DNA of 64,000 bases from Armatimonadota bacterium (lineage in GTDB: Bacteria; Armatimonadota; Fimbriimonadia; Fimbriimonadales; GBS-DC): assembly GCA_037442365.1 (NCBI GenBank), contig JBBIQK010000005.1, forward strand, positions 1,137 through 65,136. Direction: 5' to 3'. Below are positions 38,808-47,832 of the stretch, piece after piece. How positions within the stretch are numbered: the stretch's first letter is position 1; every line of letters begins with the position of its first letter. The notes below the pieces were generated by a model. It ran no database searches and was not told where the DNA came from. It saw only the letters and a list, made by a program, of their open reading frames with translations. Both the position numbers and the translations under genes were made by a program.

Positions 38808-39142
38808 TGCACGCCTCCTTGCTGGAGCGCCTGCTGGAGCTGCGCGCGTAGCGCGTCCAGCGGCGCGGTCGCTGCAGGCGGTCGGGCGACGCACACGAGA
38901 TCATAGCCGTGCGGGAGTTGTTCCCAGAGTTCACGCGCCGCCGCGCGCAGCCGCCGCTTGACGCGGTTCCGCGCCACATGTGTGCCCAGCCGACGCCCGA
39001 CCACGAAGCCCATGCGTGTCGGCGCATCGTCCCCGCGCTGATAGACATACATCGTAAACGATTCCATACGCACCCGTCGCCCCTGCTGATAGACCCGCTC
39101 GAAATCGCGTGTGTTGCGCAATCGCCCTGCGCGCGGCAGCAT
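38804..39142 (-). CDS. rnpA: ribonuclease P protein component
   Basis: [18 protein letters not shown]...[22 protein letters not shown] RnpA motif. Confidence 0.9.
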   Translation of the reverse strand: MLPRAGRLRNTRDFERVYQQGRRVRMESFTMYVYQRGDDAPTRMGFVVGRRLGTHVARNRVKRRLRAAARELWEQLPHGYDLVCVARPPAATAPLDALRAQLQQALQQGGVQ

Positions 39143-39143
39143 C

Positions 39144-39281
39144 TTACTCGACGGTCAGTCGCCAGCGCCCCTTCAGCCGACGCCGCTTCAACACATTCCG
39201 CCCGTCCTTGGTGCGCATCCGACGGCGGAACCCATGCACCTTGTGCCGATGACGATTATTGGGTTGATAGGTTCGCTTCAT
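39144..39281 (-). CDS. rpmH: 50S ribosomal protein L34
   Basis: [44 protein letters not shown], with GGAGG 8 nt upstream. Confidence 0.95.
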   Translation of the reverse strand: MKRTYQPNNRHRHKVHGFRRRMRTKDGRNVLKRRRLKGRWRLTVE

Positions 39282-39304
39282 CGTGTTTTCCTCCAGCGGC
39301 GTAG

Positions 39305-39310
39305 ATTGTA
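39305..39310 (-). promoter_or_regulatory. -10 box (gggTACAAT) for the rpmH operon
   Basis: The minus strand reads atcgggTACAATctacgccgctGGAGGaaaacacgATG. Confidence 0.45.
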
Positions 39311-39354
39311 CCCGATTGCGCGCGAAAACGCCGACAGCGCTGCTGGAAGCGTCT

Positions 39355-41190
39355 TCAGCCGTCGCACCCCTGCCCGAAGGCGAACAGCACACCCAGTAAA
39401 TCCGCGTCGTCAATCGCGCCGTCCCAGTTCAGGTCGTAGCGGTTGTAGCCACTCTGCCCAAAGCGGAACAGCATCCCCAGCAGGTCGGCGTCGTCCACGC
39501 AGCCATCGCCGTCTGTGTCGCCCACCGCATCGCGCCGCCAGCGATAGTCGTTGCGCATCGCCTCGCGCCAGTCCTGAATGGTGTTCCACTTGCCCTCGAT
39601 GTAGTAGGGGTCAATCTGCGGCCAGCGATACAGGCACACGCCCCAGATAGCCTGATTTGCGGGGTTCTGGTTCCATGTGTGTATCTCCTGATAGGCGTTT
39701 TTAATCCAGCCGTTGTTGGTGTTCGTCCATGGCTCGCCCTGATTGGTCTCGGTGATGAAGGCGGGCAGATGGCGCAGCGACGGCGGCACGCGACTCAGCA
39801 GGTTGCGATAGACGCGAAAGTGCAGGTACACCTGATCGTAGGGCGGCTGCATGCGCGTTTCGCTGAAGATGTTGTTCGGGTCGCTGCCGTGCGTGTAGGC
39901 GTGCAGAATAATCCCGTCCTGCTCCGCGCCGATGGCGTCCAGCATCTGCTGCCAGTAATCCAGAAAGCCCGGAATGCCGTACTGCGGGAAGGGCGGCGCG
40001 TAGGTGCCCACAGGCGCGGCGCAGACCCAGTCGTCTTCGTGTCCGGGAATCGACCGAATCGCGTCGCGGCACATGCGGAACACCTGCACATAGCGGGCGA
40101 CGGTGATAGGTTCGCCCTGCTCGCCGCCGGGCCATTCCGCAGGCAGGTTCGTCTCGTTGCCGATAACCCAGATGTGCGCGCCGTGCGAGTTGCGCACGAA
40201 GTTCGCCACGCGCTGGGCGAAGTTGGCGTATTGCGACGAGGGCGGCAGCGTGCCGTTGGGGTGATAGCCGTAGTTCAGGCGCACTATTACCCCATGCCCC
40301 GCGTTCGCATAGGGGCGGTAGTCGCGCCCCGTCTGGTTGTTGGGGTCTGCACCCAGCTCCTCCGTGAACAGGATCCAGATGCGCTTGCCCTCCGCGTCGG
40401 CGGCAAACTCGCCGCCCGGCTCGTGCAGCCCGAAAATCCACGGCGGGTCTACCGGGTCGCTCTCGTTGGGCAGCACGCGAATGTCGTCGATGTATACCGT
40501 GTAGGGGCGCGTGTCGCTGGGGTCTACGGGTGTGAAGGCGAGATGCTCCAGCACGCCCGCGCGCCCATCCAGTACGCCGTTCGCGCCGCCTGCAAACGGC
40601 AACACAGGCTCGCTGGGCAGGTCGAACACCACCTGCACCCAGCGGTCTTTCTGGCGGATGCGCTTGCCGATAGGCGGGTTGCTGGCGTCGCCCTGCGCCG
40701 CGCCCACCCACTCGATGCCGCCCGTCGCGCCGCCGTTCGCGCCGCAGGCGGCTCTGGACTGAGTCTCGCGCACACCCAGCGTCAGATAAAAGTCGGGCGT
40801 ACTGCTGGGCACATAGAGCCACAGGCTCAGCCGACGCTGGAAGCTAATCGTCGGATTCGCGTAATAGAGCGTGTTGAAGGTCGTCAGGCGCAGCCACGCG
40901 CGGGGATTGCCGTTGAACTGCCAGGCGACCTTCAACGCGCGGCTGCCCGACGGCGTGCGGTTGCGCTCCAGACTAATCTGAGCGCAGTTGGGACCGCTGC
41001 TGCACGCCCCTGTGTACGCCAGAAAGCCGCTGGTCGTGCCCGAAAAGCTTGGCTGGCGGAACATCACCACGCCGTTGAGACCGTTCGAGTAGCCCTCGAA
41101 GTGCTGTATCTCGCACTGCGCCGCCGCAGTGTGCGTCAGGAGCGTCATGAGCGCGCCCCATGTCCACAACATCCCCTTGCGCGTTTGCAT
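39355..41190 (-). CDS. secreted clan GH-A-like glycoside hydrolase with C-terminal dockerin-type repeats
   Basis: Signal-like [34 protein letters not shown] (acid/base NE) and AFITETNQG (nucleophile TE) spacing typical of (beta/alpha)8 clan A. C-terminal [21 protein letters not shown] / [21 protein letters not shown] duplicated Ca-binding dockerin segments. Confidence 0.6.
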   Translation of the reverse strand: MQTRKGMLWTWGALMTLLTHTAAAQCEIQHFEGYSNGLNGVVMFRQPSFSGTTSGFLAYTGACSSGPNCAQISLERNRTPSGSRALKVAWQFNGNPRAWLRLTTFNTLYYANPTISFQRRLSLWLYVPSSTPDFYLTLGVRETQSRAACGANGGATGGIEWVGAAQGDASNPPIGKRIRQKDRWVQVVFDLPSEPVLPFAGGANGVLDGRAGVLEHLAFTPVDPSDTRPYTVYIDDIRVLPNESDPVDPPWIFGLHEPGGEFAADAEGKRIWILFTEELGADPNNQTGRDYRPYANAGHGVIVRLNYGYHPNGTLPPSSQYANFAQRVANFVRNSHGAHIWVIGNETNLPAEWPGGEQGEPITVARYVQVFRMCRDAIRSIPGHEDDWVCAAPVGTYAPPFPQYGIPGFLDYWQQMLDAIGAEQDGIILHAYTHGSDPNNIFSETRMQPPYDQVYLHFRVYRNLLSRVPPSLRHLPAFITETNQGEPWTNTNNGWIKNAYQEIHTWNQNPANQAIWGVCLYRWPQIDPYYIEGKWNTIQDWREAMRNDYRWRRDAVGDTDGDGCVDDADLLGMLFRFGQSGYNRYDLNWDGAIDDADLLGVLFAFGQGCDG

Positions 41191-41327
41191 GGCTTCTACC
41201 CCCGCGCGGTCGATTCGCCGCACACGTCCCTATTCCTTGCAAGGTACGCTGGTGAGCGTTGCGAAGTGTGCGAATCACCTTATGTAAGCGCGATTAGAAG
41301 CCGTTCAGGAATGCGCGCTCAAATCCA

Positions 41328-41474
41328 GACGGATGAATCCGTTCCTAACAAACGAAGCCAGCCTGCGCTGGCTCCCCGTAGATTGGGCATCCTGCCCAAA
41401 ATCAAGCGCAGGATGCGCTTGCTACTTCAGCCGACGAAGGTCGGCTTTGTGTGATAGGAACGGCTTCAGCCGTC
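41328..41474. mobile_element. MITE-like twin-hairpin element, copy B (147 nt)
   Basis: gacggatgaatccgttcctaacaaacgaagccagcctgcgctggct ... agccgacgaaggtcggctttgtgtgataggaacggcttcagccgtc. The arms are homologous to copy A (9328-9421). The centre carries the extra hairpin gcatcctgc-N12-gcaggatgc. Confidence 0.6.
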
Positions 41475-41524
41475 GGGCACAAACGCCCCCTATTCCGTTG
41501 TTTGCCTACTTTTCTGGAATGCTT

Positions 41525-42319
41525 CTAACTTGCCATCTGCACGCTCTCCTCATATCCAGTCACTTGAGTGTGCGCTAACCGTTCCAGAATGTTCTCGATT
41601 TGCTGTACTTTCTCGTGAATCTCCCGTGCCCTGCCAGCAGAACTCATTTCCCGCACAGGGTGCGCAATATCATTCCTGAAATGAACAAGAGTATTTAAGC
41701 AATTTTCTGATTGCTTGCGAGAACTAAACCCCAGACACCAACGCAAATGTTTATCTTTGCAAACAATGTTTACAATGTCGCTCAGCGATAGAACCTCGAT
41801 GTAGCCTGTATCCACACCGTCTGTCTGCCGCTCCATGCGCAATTTACGAACCTCAGCCTGTCTTTTCGGGGAAAGAAACTCCAGTATCCTCTCCTCGGCA
41901 GGCTGGCAGTATTCGCGTATCAGTTGACTGAGGCAATACTCCAGTTCACCCACCAGCGTAAAGAGGTAGGTACGGCAGGCAACCTTGTTCAGGTCGGCGG
42001 GTGAGACGATGCCGTCCACGCGCGCGCCGTTGACCACAAGGTAGGCTGGCTTGGCGTGTGGCTCGCTGAAAATGCGGATGACTTCGCGGATGGGGGTGGA
42101 GTGTGCAACAATCCACTCTTCAGTGATGGGTTCAGGCAGATACTCACCCTCGCGAAGCACCCAGAGACCCACGAAACAATCGCCCTCGGTTCTTGGAATA
42201 ACATCATAGCAGGGTTTACCTCGCAGCACGGGCGTGACAGACGCCACTTCCAACCGCTTGCGCGGCGTCATAATGTATTCCACCGTAAACGCATCCCGAA
42301 GCGTCTCATACAGTTTCAT
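41525..42319 (-). CDS. CBS-like domain protein with C-terminal HEPN-type (Rx4H) helical domain
   Basis: Visibly lower GC than the flanks and its own GGAGGG SD. N-terminal EYIMTPRKRL...VDGIVSPADLNK is CBS-like. C-terminal LVHFRNDIAHP contains R-N-D-I-A-H, the Rx4H HEPN RNase motif. Domain calls are by eye only. Confidence 0.5.
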   Translation of the reverse strand: MKLYETLRDAFTVEYIMTPRKRLEVASVTPVLRGKPCYDVIPRTEGDCFVGLWVLREGEYLPEPITEEWIVAHSTPIREVIRIFSEPHAKPAYLVVNGARVDGIVSPADLNKVACRTYLFTLVGELEYCLSQLIREYCQPAEERILEFLSPKRQAEVRKLRMERQTDGVDTGYIEVLSLSDIVNIVCKDKHLRWCLGFSSRKQSENCLNTLVHFRNDIAHPVREMSSAGRAREIHEKVQQIENILERLAHTQVTGYEESVQMAS

Positions 42320-42418
42320 AGCGCCCTCCAGACGACATCGGGAATTTGCCGCATCTGCTTATGCGAATGGCTGGTAGACTTTCAGGAATCACCGCCCGCA
42401 ATCACGATTGGGAGACAT

Positions 42419-43165
42419 TCACCCGTCGCTAATTTGCGATTCCGCCTGCAGCCACACGACTCCTGCTGGGTCGAGGCTGACCGCGATATGCCCCAGCCGC
42501 CATAACTCCAGCATTGCCAGGAACGAGACGAGTAAGTCCAGCACATCGAGCGCGTCCTGGGCAAGCGCGTCGAAGGGCAACGGCTCGCGCGCGACGCTCA
42601 GCCGCTCGCGAATCTCGATCATGCGGGCGTGCAGCGAGAAGTAGCGGCGGTGCGGGATGGCGTCGGGCACGGGCATGCGCTGTTCCAGCATGCGTTTGAA
42701 GGCGAGCCAGAGCTGGTCGGGCAGCTCCGCGCCGAATTCGGGCGGCAGCTCGTAGTCGCGCGGGTCGATCGCGCCGCCGCGAAAAAAGAGCCACATGCGC
42801 TCGCCCTCGCGCTGGCGCAGATGCTCCGTGAGTTGCAGGTATGCGTCGGGCAGTCCTGAAGGCGGGAGCCAGTCCGCCTCCTCCTCAGGTTCAGGTTCTG
42901 GGTCGGGCGCGAGCAGGCGCTGCGCCTTGCGTTCGGCGAGGTACGCCAGCGTCGCCAGCGCGTCCGCCGCCTCGTCCATATCGCCCACCTCGCGCCAGTA
43001 GTCGTAGCACGCCTGCGCCACGGGCGCAAGGTCAACCTCGTTGAGATCGAGCTTGTGCTTGCGAATCAGGTGCGCGAGCCAGCCCAGCGAGCCAAACCCC
43101 AGCGGCAACTGCAGCGGCACGCGTGGGGGCGACCATTCAGGCGAACCGATGTGGAACCGACGCAT
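42419..43165 (-). CDS. scpA: segregation and condensation protein A (kleisin)
   Basis: FGSLGWLAHLIRKHKLDLNEVDLAPVAQACYDYW...LDLLVSFLAMLELWRLGHI. Start placed at ATG 43165, which sits 9 nt below a ggTATAAT box. Confidence 0.8.
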   Translation of the reverse strand: MRRFHIGSPEWSPPRVPLQLPLGFGSLGWLAHLIRKHKLDLNEVDLAPVAQACYDYWREVGDMDEAADALATLAYLAERKAQRLLAPDPEPEPEEEADWLPPSGLPDAYLQLTEHLRQREGERMWLFFRGGAIDPRDYELPPEFGAELPDQLWLAFKRMLEQRMPVPDAIPHRRYFSLHARMIEIRERLSVAREPLPFDALAQDALDVLDLLVSFLAMLELWRLGHIAVSLDPAGVVWLQAESQISDG

Positions 43166-43174
43166 TCCCCCGCG

Positions 43175-43180
43175 ATTATA
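43175..43180 (-). promoter_or_regulatory. -10 box (ggTATAAT) for scpA, leaderless spacing
   Basis: The minus strand reads cagaggTATAATcgcgggggaATG. Confidence 0.45.
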
Positions 43181-43192
43181 CCTCTGGGCAGG

Positions 43193-43198
43193 TACAAT
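43193..43198 (+). promoter_or_regulatory. -10 box (ggTACAAT) for the DUF4446 gene
   Basis: gcaggTACAATtccccgtacgatATG. Back-to-back with the scpA box. Confidence 0.45.
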
Positions 43199-43210
43199 TC
43201 CCCGTACGAT

Positions 43211-43711
43211 ATGAACGGACACACACTGATGGAGTGGGCGCAGCAGCCGCAGGCGGTCGTCGGGCTAACAATCGCGGTCGCCGTGCTGCTGCTCTGGAAT
43301 CTGGCGCAGGCGTGGCGCTGGGGCGCGTTTATGCGCCGCTGGAAGCAACTGATGCAGCACTCGGAAGGCGGCTCGCTGGAACACACCCTCTACGAGACCT
43401 TGCGCCGCGTCTCTGTGATGGAAGAGACGCTCAAAACGCATGGGAACCATCTACAGCAGTTGCAGAGTCAAACCAATACCTGCTTGCAACGGGTCGGGCT
43501 GGTGCGCTACGACGCCTTCCCCGACATGGGCGGGCAGCAGAGCTTCGCGCTGGCAGTGCTGAACGAGCATGGCGACGGCGTCGTGCTGAGCGGCATCCAC
43601 AGCCGCCACGAGATGCGCGTGTACGCCAAGCCCATTCAGAATCGGGCGTCCAGTATCGGGCTGTCCGATGAGGAGCAACATGCGCTGCGCGAGGCGAGTC
43701 AATTCAAGTAG
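43211..43711 (+). CDS. DUF4446 family protein
   Basis: One N-terminal TM helix, then VGLVRYDAFPDMGGQQSFALAVLNEHGDGVVLSGIHSRHEMRVYAKP, typical of DUF4446. Confidence 0.75.
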   Translation: MNGHTLMEWAQQPQAVVGLTIAVAVLLLWNLAQAWRWGAFMRRWKQLMQHSEGGSLEHTLYETLRRVSVMEETLKTHGNHLQQLQSQTNTCLQRVGLVRYDAFPDMGGQQSFALAVLNEHGDGVVLSGIHSRHEMRVYAKPIQNRASSIGLSDEEQHALREASQFK

Positions 43712-43735
43712 CGCGGGCGTCAACAGGCGGAGGGC

Positions 43736-44380
43736 ATGAGCATCTACGACTATAGCAGCGACGAGGTGCTTATCGAGCGGTTCAAGGAAGGCGACGAGTT
43801 CGCGTTCGACCTGCTGGTGCGCCGCTACGAGCAGAAGGTCTACCAGCTGGCGTATCGCTTGACCAACAATCCCGACGACGCCGCCGATGTCGCCGCCGAG
43901 ACCTTTCTGCGGATGTATAACTCGCTCAAACGCTTTCGCGGCGACGCGCAACTGTCGACATGGCTCTACCGCGTGGTGAGCAATGTGTTTTTCGATTTTC
44001 GCAAGCGCGAGGCGCGCCATCAGCACCTGCCGCTGGATGTGCCCACCGAAGACGGCGACGAACCCTACGAACTGCCCATCGAGGACGAGCGCGTGGACAT
44101 CATGGGGCACGCCCTGCAGGAGGAGCAGAAGCGCGTGCTGATGGCGGCGATTCAGCAGCTGCCCGAATATCAGCGCGTGATGGTGGTGCTGTTTCATATC
44201 GAGGAGCGCCCCTACGAAGAGATTGCGCAGATTATGGGACTGCCGCTGGGCACGATTAAGTCGCGCTTGAACCGCGCCCGAAACGCCCTGCGCCAGCTGC
44301 TGGAGCCGTATCGGGAACTTTTTGGCGTGGAGGAGAGTCCTACAGTTGGAATGCCACAGGAGGCGCACGATGCACTGTGA
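43736..44380 (+). CDS. ECF-type RNA polymerase sigma-70 factor
   Basis: Region 2 (FDLLVRRYEQKVYQLAYRLTNNPDDAADVAAETFLRMY) and region 4 (LPEYQRVMVVLFHIEERPYEEIAQIMGLPLGTIKSRLNRARNAL). Confidence 0.9.
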   Translation: MSIYDYSSDEVLIERFKEGDEFAFDLLVRRYEQKVYQLAYRLTNNPDDAADVAAETFLRMYNSLKRFRGDAQLSTWLYRVVSNVFFDFRKREARHQHLPLDVPTEDGDEPYELPIEDERVDIMGHALQEEQKRVLMAAIQQLPEYQRVMVVLFHIEERPYEEIAQIMGLPLGTIKSRLNRARNALRQLLEPYRELFGVEESPTVGMPQEAHDAL

Positions 44381-45272
44381 ACAGGTGAAGAGCCTGCTGA
44401 ATGAATATTGTGAGGGGATATTGAGCGAAGCGATGCGCGAGCGCGTGGAGGCGCACCTGCGCGGGTGCGCGGCGTGCCAGCGTGAGGCGCAGTTCACGCG
44501 CGCCATCTGGCGGGGGCTGAGCGCGCTGCCCGAAGTCGCGCCGCCCGCCGACCTGCACGCGCGGATTATGACCCATGTGCGGGCGAACACACGCGCGCGC
44601 GAGGCGCACCAGCGATTCGCCTTCTGGCGCTGGGCGGGCGCAGCGGCGGTCGCCGCGGGGCTGTTTGTGATGGGCTTTTTCGCGGCGCAATCGGACGGCG
44701 TGCAGGCTGCCTTCGGCTTCAACGCCCAGCGCAAGCCCGCCGTCGAAACGCCCCAGCCTGTGCAGGCAGGCGTATTTCTACAGTATCGCGCAACGACGGA
44801 CGGCGCGCGCGCGCCCGTGCTGGAGGCGCGCATGAACCGCGAAGCGGACGCCGAACTGCGCTACACGCCCGACAGTAAAGAGCGCACAGAGCCGATTCTG
44901 GTCTGGAGCGGACGCCTGCAGCCCGGCAAGACCGTCGAAATCCCGCTGCAGACCCTGCTGCACACTTCGGGCGAGCGCGTGCTGACCCTGCGCTGGACGC
45001 TGGAGCGACAGTCGCGCGTGCTGTATGTGCCTGCAGGTTATCCGCAGGCGAAACTGGCGACCCTGCGCCTGCAGGCGAAGCTGAGCGACGCGCTGCGCCA
45101 GATTGCCAGCGCCTACCAGACGCCCATCGAATGGGTTCCCAACGGCGACGAGCCGCTGGTCGTGCTGGATGTGCAGGATGCGCCTATCGAAGAGGCTTTA
45201 CAAAAACTGCTTGTCGGCTCGAACTACACGGTCAGGCGGCAGGGCGACTTCTGGCGCATCGTGAGCCGATAA
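44370..45272 (+). CDS. anti-sigma factor (zf-HC2) with one TM segment and extracytoplasmic domain
   Basis: MHCEQVKSLLNEYCEG...HLRGCAACQRE (H-x3-C-x2-C). TM segment WAGAAAVAAGLFVMGFFAA. Overlaps the sigma gene's 3' end. Confidence 0.75.
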   Translation: MHCEQVKSLLNEYCEGILSEAMRERVEAHLRGCAACQREAQFTRAIWRGLSALPEVAPPADLHARIMTHVRANTRAREAHQRFAFWRWAGAAAVAAGLFVMGFFAAQSDGVQAAFGFNAQRKPAVETPQPVQAGVFLQYRATTDGARAPVLEARMNREADAELRYTPDSKERTEPILVWSGRLQPGKTVEIPLQTLLHTSGERVLTLRWTLERQSRVLYVPAGYPQAKLATLRLQAKLSDALRQIASAYQTPIEWVPNGDEPLVVLDVQDAPIEEALQKLLVGSNYTVRRQGDFWRIVSR

Positions 45273-45339
45273 CTGACAGGCACGGCAGGAAACGCGCCTC
45301 CAGTATCGAACGGCTGTTCGGTACTGGAGGTGAACTTTC

Positions 45340-46929
45340 ATGAGGCTATTGGCAACGACGCTGAGTTTCGCGCTGTTTCTCGCAGGTTGGGCGCAGGGGC
45401 TACAGGCAGGCGCCGCCGTGAACAAAATCACCCCGACGAAACAGGTCTTTCTGGCGGGCTACGCTTCGAACCGCCCCAACAGCGGCGGCGTGCATGACGA
45501 CATCTGGGCGCGCGCGGTGGTCGTCCAGGTCGGCAACGAGCGGCTGGCGATTGTGGTGTGCGACCTGCTGGGACTGCTGCGCGACGATGTGCAGCGAATC
45601 CGCCAGCAGGTCAAGTCGGCGCCCCCCAACCGCGTGATGGTGCTGTGTACGCATGTGCATTCCGCGCCTGACACGATTGGGCTGTGGGGACCGACGCCCG
45701 CCCAGTCGGGACGCGATAACGAGTATGTGAACTTCGTCATCGAGACCGTCGCGAAGACCATCGACGAGGCGGCGAGTAAACTCCAGCCCGCGACCGTCGG
45801 CTTCGCGAAGACGACCGTCGAGGGCGTCTCGTACAACTACCGCATCGAGAAGATTCTGGATACCGAAGCGGCGGTGATGCAGTTCCGCAGCAAGGCGGAC
45901 GGCAAGGTCATCGCGACGCTGACCAACTTCGCATGCCATCCAGAAGTGCTGAACAACGACCAGCTGACCGCCGACTTTTGCCATTGGTACTACCAGACCG
46001 TCGAGCGTGCGGTGGGTGGAGTGGCGATTTTTGCGAACGGCGCGCTGGGCGGCATGATTTCGCCTGCGGAAGGCGACGGAACCGCGCCGAAAGGACGCGA
46101 CTGGGCGCGCGCGGAACGATACGGAACGACCATCGCCAATCGCGCCTTAGAAGCCATCGCGAAGGCAAACTTCACGGATGCTGTATCCCTCGAGCACCGC
46201 GAGGCGACCTACACCGTGCCGCTGGAGAACGAGAACTTCAAGCTGGCGATGACGGCGGGCGTCATTCCGTCGGGCGCATCGTTGAACGCGGGCAAGGTCA
46301 CGACCGAGTCGCACCTGATTCGGCTGGGCGACGCCGTAATGTTCACCATGCCCGGCGAGGTACAGCCGAATATCGGCGTCCTGCTCAAGCGGCTGCTCGC
46401 GCCCTATGGCGACCCCGTGTTCCTGTTCGGGTTGGCGAACGATGAGCTGGGCTACATCCTGAGCCTGGAGGACTACTACCTGCCGCTTTACAACTATGAG
46501 CGGAGCATGTCGGTCGGTTCGGAGATTGGTCCCGCGATGGTGCAAGCGGCGCGCCAGATGATGGGACAGATGACCGCTCGTCAGCCGACCGCTGTCGCCG
46601 CCGCGTCGGGCGAAAAGTCGCCTGTGGAGCAGGAGCTGGAGAAGTACCTGCAGCGGTTCCGCCCCGACCGTGCGGGCAACTTCAAGGCGACCTACCGCCT
46701 CGTGCTGGAGGGCGCGGGCGAGTTCTACCTGCGCATCGCCGAGGGCAAAGCGACGCTGAGCCGTGAGGGAACCCCCTCCGAGGCGTCCGTGACCGTCAAA
46801 GCGCCCGCGCAGGTCTTCGTGGCGATTATCACGGGCAAACGCGACCCGCTCGACGCCTACAACACGGGCGAACTGCAGATCGAGGGCGATATTGGAATCG
46901 CGCAGTACCTGCTGTTTGTGTTTGAATAA
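45340..46929 (+). CDS. neutral/alkaline ceramidase-like hydrolase with C-terminal SCP2 sterol-carrier domain
   Basis: GGAGG SD and signal peptide. LAGYASNRPNSGGVHDDIWARAVVVQ...CTHVHSAPD. The C-terminus FKATYRLVLEGAGEFYLRI...DPLDAYNTGELQIEGDIGIAQYL is SCP2-like. Confidence 0.7.
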   Translation: MRLLATTLSFALFLAGWAQGLQAGAAVNKITPTKQVFLAGYASNRPNSGGVHDDIWARAVVVQVGNERLAIVVCDLLGLLRDDVQRIRQQVKSAPPNRVMVLCTHVHSAPDTIGLWGPTPAQSGRDNEYVNFVIETVAKTIDEAASKLQPATVGFAKTTVEGVSYNYRIEKILDTEAAVMQFRSKADGKVIATLTNFACHPEVLNNDQLTADFCHWYYQTVERAVGGVAIFANGALGGMISPAEGDGTAPKGRDWARAERYGTTIANRALEAIAKANFTDAVSLEHREATYTVPLENENFKLAMTAGVIPSGASLNAGKVTTESHLIRLGDAVMFTMPGEVQPNIGVLLKRLLAPYGDPVFLFGLANDELGYILSLEDYYLPLYNYERSMSVGSEIGPAMVQAARQMMGQMTARQPTAVAAASGEKSPVEQELEKYLQRFRPDRAGNFKATYRLVLEGAGEFYLRIAEGKATLSREGTPSEASVTVKAPAQVFVAIITGKRDPLDAYNTGELQIEGDIGIAQYLLFVFE

Positions 46930-47060
46930 GACGCAGGGGGCGGCTTGCCCGCCCCCTTGCGACGACAGCCGCTTGCATTCGTGGAGAAAATCTTCCGCTT
47001 CGACTCTCGTGAACGACAAGTGTAAGTCAATATGTTTTTATTATATTTTATTTTATAATA

Positions 47061-47473
47061 CTATACATTTATCACACCTTGAGGAAACTGATAAAGCGAA
47101 TGCCGTCTCCAAACCGACGCGAGTCTCTGATCGCCCGTGAGAAATATCTCACACTTTCCGACAGAGGCATAAGCGAGGTGAAGGGCATCAGGCGTGCGCA
47201 GGTTTGTAATTGCCCTTATTTCCGCCGCGCGTCGAAATACTTTAGAATGGCTGGAAACAAGAGCCAGTGTTTGGAAGTATGACTCGTATGCCTGCACAAG
47301 AGTCTGTTTGTTATTCCGTAGTGGTTCTACTAAGCATTCCATCAGCGCAAGGCTGCTGGAACACAGCGTATAGTCTGGAAGCTGGACAGTACCGCCAACA
47401 CCTGTGGTCTCTTAATCGTATTTTCTACCAGGTAGATAATAACACAGCTATCCAGATAAATGCGTTTCTCCAT
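47061..47473 (-). pseudogene. frameshifted PIN-domain toxin (VapC-like)
   Basis: The N-terminal part MEKRIYLDSCVIIYLVE (47342-47473) stops at a TGA that overlaps, by one nucleotide, an ATG opening the C-terminal part ...TPDALHLAYASVGKCEIFLTGDQRL (47061-47342), which lies in a different reading frame. Together they form one PIN domain. Confidence 0.6.
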
Positions 47474-47729
47474 CCCCGTTTTTCTCCCAGCTGGCGCGCT
47501 CGTTTTCAAACCGCTCCAGAACCTCTTCGGGCGCAGGAGGCATGTGACCGACAGCCTCCAGCTGGGCGTGAATAGCCTCCAGCGTGGCAAGCATCAGCTG
47601 GAGCGACCCTCGCCCAGTCGGTGTCCCTGCAAGCACTTCCACCTCTGCCCCTTCTGGCAGCTGAAGCGGGGCGCGCAGACGCACAGTGTCAGGCGATACC
47701 AGAACACCGCGCACTCGGATTTGCCGCAT
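47448..47729 (-). CDS. putative antitoxin (DUF104/AbrB-like small protein) upstream of vapC
   Basis: MRQIRVRGVLVSPDTVRLRAPLQLPEGAEVEVL resembles the short beta N-terminus of PIN-associated antitoxins. Overlaps the vapC start by 26 nt. The start codon is uncertain (47729 or 47747). Confidence 0.4.
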   Translation of the reverse strand: MRQIRVRGVLVSPDTVRLRAPLQLPEGAEVEVLAGTPTGRGSLQLMLATLEAIHAQLEAVGHMPPAPEEVLERFENERASWEKNGDGETHLSG

Positions 47730-47832
47730 GCCTGTATAATACCTCATTTCTGGAACACCAGCCCGCTTTTCAGAGCCATTCCCCGCGAGACCAGCGTTCG
47801 GGTATCCTTTAGGCGACAGGAGGTTTTTTTGT

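Noticed and set aside
39282-39354. Possible oriC/dnaA locus upstream of rpmH
   Set aside because: rpmH-rnpA-yidC-jag often borders dnaA and oriC. Here the upstream neighbour is a same-strand hydrolase gene, and I saw no TTATCCACA-like DnaA boxes or AT-rich unwinding element.
37529-41454. Long plus-strand ORFs 37529-38851 and 39679-41454
   Set aside because: They are antisense to yidC/yidD/rnpA and to the GH/dockerin gene. Both are low-complexity shadow frames.
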